Below the pieces are notes generated by a model that saw nothing but the letters and a program-made list of their open reading frames with translations, did no database searches and was not told the origin of the DNA. This document shows positions 21,113 to 29,437 of a stretch of 64,000 nt of DNA, in pieces (position 1 is the first letter of the stretch; each line of letters opens with the position of its first letter). Both the position numbers and the translations under genes were made by a program. This DNA comes from Candidatus Altimarinota bacterium (GTDB lineage Bacteria; Patescibacteriota; Gracilibacteria; UBA4473). Where the stretch lies: contig OZ246423.1 in assembly GCA_965231215.1 (NCBI GenBank), forward strand, positions 64,001 to 128,000, written 5' to 3'.

Positions 21113-22540
21113 ATGACTAAAGAAAAAAGAAATCAACCTAAAGCTGCTCCTGCAAAAAAACCTTCAAAAAAGGTAGGTGTAAAAAAAGAAGTAGCCAGAG
21201 CCGCTAAAGGCCCGGCTAGAGGAAAACTAAGGAGAATAGTTCGAATGAATCCAGATGAAAAAAAGTTAGCTGGAACCCTTAGCCTAAAACTTAAGAAAGG
21301 TAAGAGAGAAGGCAAACCTTTAGTGCTAGCCCAAGCTCGAACAGGCAAAAAAGACGTCGTAGAAAGAACAGAGAAAGCTAAAGTTGAAAAACCTTTAAGC
21401 GCTGAAAAAGCTACTTCTGTTTTTAGAGAGCCAGAAAGTAAAATTGTTACTAACCCCGACATAGAGGAAGCGGTAGTAAAAAGTTTTAAAGAAGATTCTT
21501 TTGAAACTAAGGGGCTTACTGAAGCTGAAATTAAAAGCGAAGTTGAAGACCGGGTTATCAGAGCCAAAGCCGAACAAATAGGTGAAAGAGTTCTTATCCC
21601 TGGTAAAGAAGGCAAACCAGGCATGACTGAAGGTCAATACATTGAAAAACTAGCAAAAGACCATGATATAGACCCAAATACACTGCTTATTGCTCGAGCA
21701 AAAAACCAAGCAGGAATAGGCGCAGAAGTAGACAAAGAAAATACTATCACAGACCCTGAAGCTTACAAACAATCGCTTGAAACCTTTGCTCAAAATTTCA
21801 AAAAAGCGCAAGACTATATTGCTGCTAATAAAGACCTAATAGCCCAAAACCCAGATATTCAGGCTAGAGCTATGGCTATATTACAAGGCAAAGACCCAAA
21901 TGATCTATCACCAGAAGCTCAAGCAAAACTAAGAACCCAAATCGCAACAGACGAAAGACTTGGAGAACAGTTTTCTACTCTCAATCGAATGACCACTGGA
22001 AATACTTCTTCACTCAATAATATCGGAAGTGGGATTGGAACTGTATCTCTAGATCCAGCTGATCTAAACGCTACTCCCCCACTTGATCAAAAAAAATACG
22101 CCCCTGGTAGCGCTGAAGCTCAACAGCTTTTTGCCAAAGCTGCAAGAGACAACGGCATGCCAGAAGAATGGGGCAAATCACCAGGACTTCATTCTGTACT
22201 GGGAAAAGAATCAGGGGGAATTGTCGGAAGACTCAACTATACATTCAAAGCTGTAGCTAAAAGAATGGGAACTTCAGTTGACGATCCTAAATTTGTAGGT
22301 TGGGTACACGGAAAACTACGATCTGGAGCCTCTGCTAAAGATTTCGGAATCCGTTCAACCGCTACAGGACTAGGACAACTGCTTATTGGGAACGTAAAAA
22401 AACACTACCCAGGTGGGATCAGCGAAATTGGGAAACCCGAAGGTGAGGCAGCAGGAATGCTGGCTTACATGAAGTCCCGTTATGGCACTCCTGACAATGC
22501 GGCTGCCAAGTATGGAAAAATGGGGCACGAAGGGTACTAA
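21113..22540 (+). CDS. Effector-family protein with a C-terminal lytic transglycosylase (SLT-like) domain
   Basis: KESGG (catalytic Glu), TATGLGQL, AGMLAYMKSRYG..GY; shared IDP core. Confidence 0.8.
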   Translation: MTKEKRNQPKAAPAKKPSKKVGVKKEVARAAKGPARGKLRRIVRMNPDEKKLAGTLSLKLKKGKREGKPLVLAQARTGKKDVVERTEKAKVEKPLSAEKATSVFREPESKIVTNPDIEEAVVKSFKEDSFETKGLTEAEIKSEVEDRVIRAKAEQIGERVLIPGKEGKPGMTEGQYIEKLAKDHDIDPNTLLIARAKNQAGIGAEVDKENTITDPEAYKQSLETFAQNFKKAQDYIAANKDLIAQNPDIQARAMAILQGKDPNDLSPEAQAKLRTQIATDERLGEQFSTLNRMTTGNTSSLNNIGSGIGTVSLDPADLNATPPLDQKKYAPGSAEAQQLFAKAARDNGMPEEWGKSPGLHSVLGKESGGIVGRLNYTFKAVAKRMGTSVDDPKFVGWVHGKLRSGASAKDFGIRSTATGLGQLLIGNVKKHYPGGISEIGKPEGEAAGMLAYMKSRYGTPDNAAAKYGKMGHEGY

Positions 22541-22584
22541 AAAACATCTAAAAAACAGACTTTAAGGCTTTATTTTAAAGCCTA

Positions 22585-22597
22585 TTTGTGATATAAT
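22585..22597 (+). promoter_or_regulatory. Extended -10 promoter TTTGTGATATAAT preceded by an inverted repeat (22565-22583)
   Basis: 29 nt upstream of 22627; AGGCTTTA-TTT-TAAAGCCT immediately 5'. Confidence 0.7.
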
Positions 22598-22626
22598 TGG
22601 GAATCATTTTTCTATTTTTTTGATCA

Positions 22627-22950
22627 ATGGACGCCCTTAAACAGGAAATTTTGGAACTTTTGAACCGAAATCTGGTAATTAGCCCAGAGGTAAGAGAGGA
22701 ACTAGTACAAAATCTAGAAAGCCTTTCTGAACCAAAAATTAAAAAAATTTTGGTAATTCTACGTGACGCAGATCAAAAACAAACCCAAGCTCTAGAAGAA
22801 ATCTTAAAAGAAGACCCCTATTTCTTCCACAAGCTAGAACATGTAATTCTAGAAACAATGGAAGATGAATTTGAAAAACAAGAAATTATTGAACACGAAG
22901 TGGCAGAAAAAGAATTAGAAAATGACCTAGCTAACTTTTCAAAAAAATAA
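22627..22950 (+). CDS. Small acidic helical protein (effector-partner family)
   Basis: Paralog of 20678-20992; first gene of the hydrolase operon. Confidence 0.75.
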   Translation: MDALKQEILELLNRNLVISPEVREELVQNLESLSEPKIKKILVILRDADQKQTQALEEILKEDPYFFHKLEHVILETMEDEFEKQEIIEHEVAEKELENDLANFSKK

Positions 22951-22960
22951 CATATAAAAC

Positions 22961-24001
22961 ATGAAATTTCATTTAAACCGGCTATCGGAGATTGATCCCC
23001 AATTCTGCTATAAATTCAATGAAAAAGCTCCTCATCCTGGAACACGAAGAGAGAATAACGAAAAAAATGAGAATAGAGCTAAAAAGGTCAAGTCTGATCC
23101 AGAGTCACCAGAAAACATTGGAAAAAAATTAGACCAAATTGGGCACTCTACAAACGATATGCCAGATTTTGTAAAAGGGCCAGCAAAACAAAAACTACAA
23201 AAAACTGTATGCCAAGCATGTAAAGGAAAGATAGATTCTGGTAGTTTAGATAAAGCAATTCATGAAATAGCAACAGATGGAAGCCCAACTGAACAACCTG
23301 GGCAAAGTAAAGAAGGACAAGAAAAACCTCCAGAAGCATTAAGTAAAGCTCAAAAAGAAGAAATCAAAAAATATTTAGAAGCAAAACTAAAAGAGGTCGA
23401 AAACTTAAAAAAGAAGTACGAACAATATAGAACTAAAGGAGAGATCGACAAAAATGATCCAGGTGAAATAGAGATGGAAAAACGCTTCCAAAAAGCAAAG
23501 ACTTCTTTTAATAGTGCATTAAGTGATGTTAATAATTTTCCAGAAAAAGAGGGAGCAGAAAGCAACTCAAATCAAAGTGATGCAGTAGCAACTGGAAAAG
23601 AAGCTCTAGGAAAAAAAGAAGGAGCTGAAGTTGATGCATGGCTTAGATCAAAAGGTGTTGAATGGAATAGTGCAAAAGATCCTTGGTGTGCTGTTTTTAT
23701 ATCAGCCTCAACAGGTACAGATGTAACTAACGGAGTTCAAGCTGGAGCATTAAATCTACCAAAAGCTGCCGGAGGGAAAGAGATTGCTATGTCTGAAGTA
23801 AAAGGCAAAGCAACCTTAAGTGGGAATAGCTCAAATACAGTTAGATCTGGACGTGTAGAAGGCTTCACAAAAGCTTATGAATTAAAAGATGGAACTAAAG
23901 TAGTAACTAAAGAAAGAGGTGATCCTGGAAGTGGAAAAGGACATATAGAAATGGTAGATGAAGGTGGTGAGGCAGGTGAAGCTACTACTAGCATGGCCTA
24001 A
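22961..24001 (+). CDS. Effector-family protein with an atypical CHAP/TIGR02594-like domain
   Basis: DPWCAVFIS, LSGNSSNTV, GKGHIEMV. Confidence 0.65.
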   Translation: MKFHLNRLSEIDPQFCYKFNEKAPHPGTRRENNEKNENRAKKVKSDPESPENIGKKLDQIGHSTNDMPDFVKGPAKQKLQKTVCQACKGKIDSGSLDKAIHEIATDGSPTEQPGQSKEGQEKPPEALSKAQKEEIKKYLEAKLKEVENLKKKYEQYRTKGEIDKNDPGEIEMEKRFQKAKTSFNSALSDVNNFPEKEGAESNSNQSDAVATGKEALGKKEGAEVDAWLRSKGVEWNSAKDPWCAVFISASTGTDVTNGVQAGALNLPKAAGGKEIAMSEVKGKATLSGNSSNTVRSGRVEGFTKAYELKDGTKVVTKERGDPGSGKGHIEMVDEGGEAGEATTSMA

Positions 24002-24009
24002 ATAAAACA

Positions 24010-25545
24010 ATGTCAGAAACACCAAAAGGGTATGAAAGAAGTAAAGTTCACGGTGATATCACCGCAGGACTAGAACAGCTAAACGGTGACTACCTCAAAA
24101 ACGAGATGAAATGGGGACGTCTTTCTGGTTCTGAATACGCCCAACATCACGGGATTGAAGTAAAAGAAAAACTACCTCAAGCCACCTTTGATAAAGTCTG
24201 GAACAAACGAATAAACAGCCAACCTACGGCTAAAAAAGATATTGCTGACTTCAATGGTTTTTATATTAATCCAGAATTCAAAAAAGAAATCTGGAATCGA
24301 ATTGAACATACCTTTGATAGTCAAAAATTTCTTTTGGATCAGGCTTTTGCCTCTGAAAATGCAGACTTTGAAAAAACCCTCAAAGACCTCAAAGAACAAC
24401 TTCAAAAAGAAAACAAATCTCCAAAAGAAATTACTGGATCTCTCAATGCCAAAAGAGAAGATCTCATTGCCCAAAAACAGAAAACTCCGGAAGAAAGACA
24501 AGCGTTAATAGATCAAAAATTCCCAGGGAAAAAAGCTCAAGAATCAGTAGAAAAAGAAGTGCTTAGACGAATTGAAGAACACGCTAAAAGACTCAAACTT
24601 GATAGTCTTCATGACAGCAATAACTTAGGATTAAAAGGCAAAGAGGGCGGAGAGCTTAGTGAAGCTGACTATCTAGATGCCATCGCTAAAGATAAAAAAA
24701 TTGATCCTGATGTGCTTTTGGCCGCCAGAACTATGAATCTAGGAGGCTTTGGATTGGATCAAGATTTAGGAAAATTCAAAAACGCAGAAGCATACAAAAA
24801 ACACGTAGAAGAATTTGTGAACCGAATGGAAGAAGCCAAAAAGCTAAAATCGACAGACCCAGCTCAGCTTCTAGAGTTCCTCAAAACTGGTAAAAAACCA
24901 TCTACTACTACCAATAATACCGAAGCAGCGCCCCAAAGACGACAAATCAATACTCTCTGGGACCTTATTAAACTCCTCTTAGAATTTATTAGCGGAGGCG
25001 AGGAAGGAAACTTTGATTTCTTAGGTAACAATAACGGAAGTGACTATGTCAACGGAATTAACTACAACCAAACGCCTAAAAATGCCGATGGACGAGCTAC
25101 TCCAGAATTTGCCAGAAAAGCTGCAGAAAAAGCCTCAGGAAAAGGACAAGCTATACTCAACACCGCTCTAGGAGAGCTAAATACCCATGAAGTTCGAAAT
25201 AGTGGCAGAGTAAGAGAATATCATAAATCTGTATTCGCTAGAGGGGCTTCACCAACGGGTACCCCTTGGTGTGGCTCTTTTGTAAGTTGGGTACTACAAA
25301 AAAATGGAGTTAACGCCAAAACGGCTTCATCTAGAGCTTTTTTAGGCATGGGACAAGCCGTTTCCTCTTCTCAAGCTCAACCAGGAGATATCGTAGTTGT
25401 AGCTAGAGGTGGTGGTGGTCATGTTGGATTTTTTATTGGGTGGGATCCAAAAGGAAAACCTATTATTGTAGGAGGAAACCAAGGCAATAAAGTTTCTATC
25501 AAAACCGAACGGCGAACCTTACTTGGGATAAGACGAATCGGATAA
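24010..25545 (+). CDS. Effector-family protein with a C-terminal CHAP/TIGR02594-like cysteine amidase/peptidase
   Basis: TPWCGSFVSWVL, QPGDIVVV, GGHVGFF, GGNQGNKV. Confidence 0.85.
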   Translation: MSETPKGYERSKVHGDITAGLEQLNGDYLKNEMKWGRLSGSEYAQHHGIEVKEKLPQATFDKVWNKRINSQPTAKKDIADFNGFYINPEFKKEIWNRIEHTFDSQKFLLDQAFASENADFEKTLKDLKEQLQKENKSPKEITGSLNAKREDLIAQKQKTPEERQALIDQKFPGKKAQESVEKEVLRRIEEHAKRLKLDSLHDSNNLGLKGKEGGELSEADYLDAIAKDKKIDPDVLLAARTMNLGGFGLDQDLGKFKNAEAYKKHVEEFVNRMEEAKKLKSTDPAQLLEFLKTGKKPSTTTNNTEAAPQRRQINTLWDLIKLLLEFISGGEEGNFDFLGNNNGSDYVNGINYNQTPKNADGRATPEFARKAAEKASGKGQAILNTALGELNTHEVRNSGRVREYHKSVFARGASPTGTPWCGSFVSWVLQKNGVNAKTASSRAFLGMGQAVSSSQAQPGDIVVVARGGGGHVGFFIGWDPKGKPIIVGGNQGNKVSIKTERRTLLGIRRIG

Positions 25546-25549
25546 AAAT

Positions 25550-27235
25550 ATGAAGTTTATATATCAACAGAAACTAAAAACAAACTATCGGTTTATCTAT
25601 CAAGAAAAACCGGAAGATAGCCCTGAAGAAAACAACAACAAAGAAAATCTAAATGATGTCATAGAAGACATAGAAGCTTTCTTAGCTGAAAAAACTAAGA
25701 CAAAAAAAAATACACCACTTCCAGACGAATTAGTTCAGCGATTTATAGAAGCTTCAAAAGGTTCAAAAGTGGAAGACTTAGCAAAACTTATTACTGACCC
25801 AAAAATAGGTAGAGGAAAAGAAAGAGTTGAATATGTCATTAAACGACAAAAATTTGAAGAAGCCTGGAAAAAACTTTCTGAAAAGACTGATAGTGTAAAA
25901 ATAAACCCAGAACTCAAAAACCAAGAAACCGCTCGAATTATGCATGAAGTTATAAGCGGTATTTCTTTAGATGAATTTAATGATCCTGCAAAGCTTGAAA
26001 AAGCTATAAAAAACACCATTGCCAATGAAAGGGTAAAAGAATTCAATCAAACCAGGGCCGACAACGGTGAAAAAATTAATCCTGCAACAGATATTGATGA
26101 AAATGGAAAAATTAAAACCCCAACCCTTGCTGATAAAATTGCTGAGGTAGCTAAAAAACACAAACTAGATAGTCACCTACTTGCGCGTAGTGCCGCGTTA
26201 AACTTTGATAATTTTGGTTTAGATAAAGATGGGAATATACTATCAGAACATCATGGTGAGATTTTTGAAAAAAACCTAGAATCTCTAGCTAAAAAAATTA
26301 AAGAAACAATGAAAAAAACTGACATAGACCCAAAGAAGGCAGAAGAATTAAAGAAAAAACTTGGTTCTAACCCAACTCAACAACAAATCAACAACGCTAC
26401 TGACCAAGCAGTTTCTAGCTACAGTGGTGACAAACCAAGAACTCTCTGGGATTTGATTCAGGCTTTATTAGAATTCGCTAACATGGGGATTGGTGGGCGG
26501 AATCCTAACGATAAAACTCACGGCACTGTAAATGCTGGCCCAAATAGAGTCAGGTATGACCAAGGAACAGCCAGAAATCTGGACGCAGCGTATGAAAAAC
26601 TACAAAAAATAGATCCCAAAACCAATGAGCTTAAACTCAGTGATCAGTGGAAAGAAAAGCTAACGGCTAAATTTGGTGGTCAAATTGAATCCGTCACCAA
26701 TTACCTCAAAAAATTTCCAACCAAATGGCAGGGAGCCGGAGCCGAGTTTTTATTCAAACTAGGGCGTATTCCTGCAGACAATAAAACTATTGGGATTGCC
26801 AACGTTAAAGGGGGAATGGCCTTAGCTGTATACCCAGACGGAAAAGTCCATGAATTCCCTATTATTATTGGGAAAAACGGATACTCAGATGGAGCCAGAT
26901 CCGGTGACAAAAAAAGTAATCTTAGACGTATTCAAACCATCGTAGGTGGAAAACTTGTAGGGCGAGGTCAAGATGCCAGCAAAACCGGTTCTAGAACCGT
27001 TGTTGGAGCTGCCTTATATAGCAAAGAAGAGGCTCATACTGGAAAATGGTGGCACGGAGTAGCTGATAACCGTATAGCCGGACGCCGTGGGCGAACCTGG
27101 GGATGTATTGGTGCCAAACAAGAACATATTCAAATGATGGCTCGTACCATGCTTAAAAAAGGTTCTGACGGTAAGGTTCAAGGAGGATACCTGTACCATG
27201 TAGATAGTTACGAAGGAGCCCCTAATAAAGTCTAA
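25550..27235 (+). CDS. Effector-family protein with a C-terminal YkuD-like (L,D-transpeptidase/peptidase) domain
   Basis: FPIIIGKNG..GDKK, WWHG-x12-TWGCI matching HxX(14-17)[ST]xGC. Confidence 0.75.
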   Translation: MKFIYQQKLKTNYRFIYQEKPEDSPEENNNKENLNDVIEDIEAFLAEKTKTKKNTPLPDELVQRFIEASKGSKVEDLAKLITDPKIGRGKERVEYVIKRQKFEEAWKKLSEKTDSVKINPELKNQETARIMHEVISGISLDEFNDPAKLEKAIKNTIANERVKEFNQTRADNGEKINPATDIDENGKIKTPTLADKIAEVAKKHKLDSHLLARSAALNFDNFGLDKDGNILSEHHGEIFEKNLESLAKKIKETMKKTDIDPKKAEELKKKLGSNPTQQQINNATDQAVSSYSGDKPRTLWDLIQALLEFANMGIGGRNPNDKTHGTVNAGPNRVRYDQGTARNLDAAYEKLQKIDPKTNELKLSDQWKEKLTAKFGGQIESVTNYLKKFPTKWQGAGAEFLFKLGRIPADNKTIGIANVKGGMALAVYPDGKVHEFPIIIGKNGYSDGARSGDKKSNLRRIQTIVGGKLVGRGQDASKTGSRTVVGAALYSKEEAHTGKWWHGVADNRIAGRRGRTWGCIGAKQEHIQMMARTMLKKGSDGKVQGGYLYHVDSYEGAPNKV

Positions 27236-27237
27236 AC

Positions 27238-28959
27238 ATGAAAAATCTAAAAAATCGATTCCAGATTCAGACAAAATTTATTTTTAAACAAAGTGCTACA
27301 GGCCCTGAAACTTCAACCGATACCCCGGAAAAAGCGAACCAAGAAGAGGCTATCCGTAGAGCCTTGGAAAAACATGCTTTAGAAAAAGATTCTGGAAAAC
27401 CTAAAATTTCTGACGAAGATATTAATGCCGGAATCGCTAAATTCATTGCCCTCTTTGAAAATGATAAAATTGATAAAATTGATGAGAAAAAAATTCCTGA
27501 ACTTATAGTAAAAGCGGTCAAAGCCAATGGGAAAGCTAGTGACGTACCGGAATTAGATACCCTTATTAAGAAGGTTATATCTATAAAAAAGCAACAAGTC
27601 TACGAGGCTAAACTCAAAGCTAAATTTGAGCACCCTAAAATGCATGTTTCTTCTGAACTCATGCAGCAAGCCCACCAGGCTGTAATAAAAGGAGATCCGG
27701 ATCTTCCACAAGCCACAATTGAGCAACTAATGGATGCTGAAGGTGACGTGGATAAAATCGATCCAAAATATAAAGACCTTAACCCCGAAGATTTCCTTAA
27801 AAATAAGGAATACATAAAACTTTTAGAGGAAAAAGTATTAGCACTAAAACTTCAAGCCCTTACTGAAAACCGAATAACACTACCAAACAAAACAGAAAAT
27901 AATGAAAAAACCGAAGCTGAAATTATCACCGGAATAGCCACAACTTTTGGCGTAGATCCAGAACTTTTGATGAACTACAGAGTGAGAAACACTGACGGAT
28001 TCGGTCTTAACTTTGAAAACGTAGAAGAGCAAGATGTAAAAAAATACATCGAAGAAATTGAGGCTGCAGCTTATAATCTCAAACAAGCCAAAGCTAAAGA
28101 AGAAAAAAAACAAACTGAACTTGAGCAGCTTATAAAAACTAAACCTAAAAATCCGACTGAAACTATTAAAAAAATAAAAGAACTCAGCAAAGATTTAAAT
28201 TTGGGAAAAGATAAAGATAAAGTAAATGATAAAAGTACCCAGATAGGCCAATCTGTGACACAAGCCAGAGAAGGATATAAAGATGAATTCTATTCACTTT
28301 ATGATTTTATAATGGATCTCTTAAATGCTGTTGGGTATCGTCCAGGCAAGGAAAAACCAAAACAAAAAGAAGGTGAAAGCAATGCTGACTATCAAAAAAG
28401 GCTTGAAGACTGGCAAAAAAAGCAAAAAACAAAACAAACTAACTACCGAAACAATTGGTCTTCTCAGCCCAATTCACCCGCTGATACTAAAGGAATTGAA
28501 GCTCCAAACGGAAGTGCCGTACAAAAGGCTATCGCTGCCGCTAATGCCGGGAATATATTAGGGGCAAAACACTGTACTGATTGGGTTTCTAAAGTATACG
28601 GTGTGAGTGTTCATAGTCTCAGAAAAGTACAATTTTCTGGCGCCACAAATAAACATGGAGACTTTGTAACCAAAGTAGGACGTGGTACAGGACTTGCTGG
28701 TAACGGTGGAGCGAGTGTAGAAGATATTAACAAAATGCCAGCAGGAACCCATATTATGATTGACCATTGTCGAGGTGGGTCTTGTGGCCAAGGAAAAACC
28801 CATAGTGCTATTCTTCTAGAACAACCTTCAAATGGAAAAGCTCGAGTGGCCAGTTATCCAGGGGGAGGAAAAAAACCAAGAATTGAAAACTACACCTTTA
28901 GCCAAAACGGATCTGGAAATTCTAAAAGAGTCATCCGAGCTCATTACCCTCCTTCCTAA
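27238..28959 (+). CDS. Effector-family protein with a C-terminal NlpC/P60- or CHAP-like domain
   Basis: KHCTDWVSKVY (Cys), PAGTHIMI, KTHSAILL (His). Confidence 0.7.
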   Translation: MKNLKNRFQIQTKFIFKQSATGPETSTDTPEKANQEEAIRRALEKHALEKDSGKPKISDEDINAGIAKFIALFENDKIDKIDEKKIPELIVKAVKANGKASDVPELDTLIKKVISIKKQQVYEAKLKAKFEHPKMHVSSELMQQAHQAVIKGDPDLPQATIEQLMDAEGDVDKIDPKYKDLNPEDFLKNKEYIKLLEEKVLALKLQALTENRITLPNKTENNEKTEAEIITGIATTFGVDPELLMNYRVRNTDGFGLNFENVEEQDVKKYIEEIEAAAYNLKQAKAKEEKKQTELEQLIKTKPKNPTETIKKIKELSKDLNLGKDKDKVNDKSTQIGQSVTQAREGYKDEFYSLYDFIMDLLNAVGYRPGKEKPKQKEGESNADYQKRLEDWQKKQKTKQTNYRNNWSSQPNSPADTKGIEAPNGSAVQKAIAAANAGNILGAKHCTDWVSKVYGVSVHSLRKVQFSGATNKHGDFVTKVGRGTGLAGNGGASVEDINKMPAGTHIMIDHCRGGSCGQGKTHSAILLEQPSNGKARVASYPGGGKKPRIENYTFSQNGSGNSKRVIRAHYPPS

Positions 28960-29264
28960 AAATTTTGACTTAAAACCTGAGCAATAATGGCTCTATCATC
29001 ATCTTCAGCCACCTTATTAGGACGCTGAAAACCACATTTTTCACATACGTGTACAATCCTGTCAGGCAACCCTGATTTTAATTCAATTCTAACAGGTCTC
29101 ATAATTCCACCGCAATTAGCCGCCCTATCCCCTGGGTTAATATCTACATGTTTAGAACACAAACACTTTATGCAGTGATTTCTGCACGTTCCCCTAGCGG
29201 GAGGGTTGTAAGTCCCGCACACCTCACAGATAAACGCGTCATTGTTATGAGTAAACTTTTTCAT
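28956..29264 (-). CDS. RNHCP-domain zinc-binding protein
   Basis: FICEVCG, RNHCIKCLCSKHVD, PGDRA..CGGIM, HVCEKCG. Confidence 0.88.
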   Translation of the reverse strand: MKKFTHNNDAFICEVCGTYNPPARGTCRNHCIKCLCSKHVDINPGDRAANCGGIMRPVRIELKSGLPDRIVHVCEKCGFQRPNKVAEDDDRAIIAQVLSQNF

Positions 29265-29437
29265 ATTTTAATAAAACTTCCTTAAATAGCCCGTTAATAT
29301 TATTTTATCAGAAAAAATCACGAAATACTCGTTAAAAAAAGCATGCCTCAGGGAGCGAAGCGACTTTGGTTTTTTTAGAGTTTGAGTGAATATTTTTCTT
29401 AAAATAATATTTAGGGGGGATCTTTTTTGCCTTCTTT

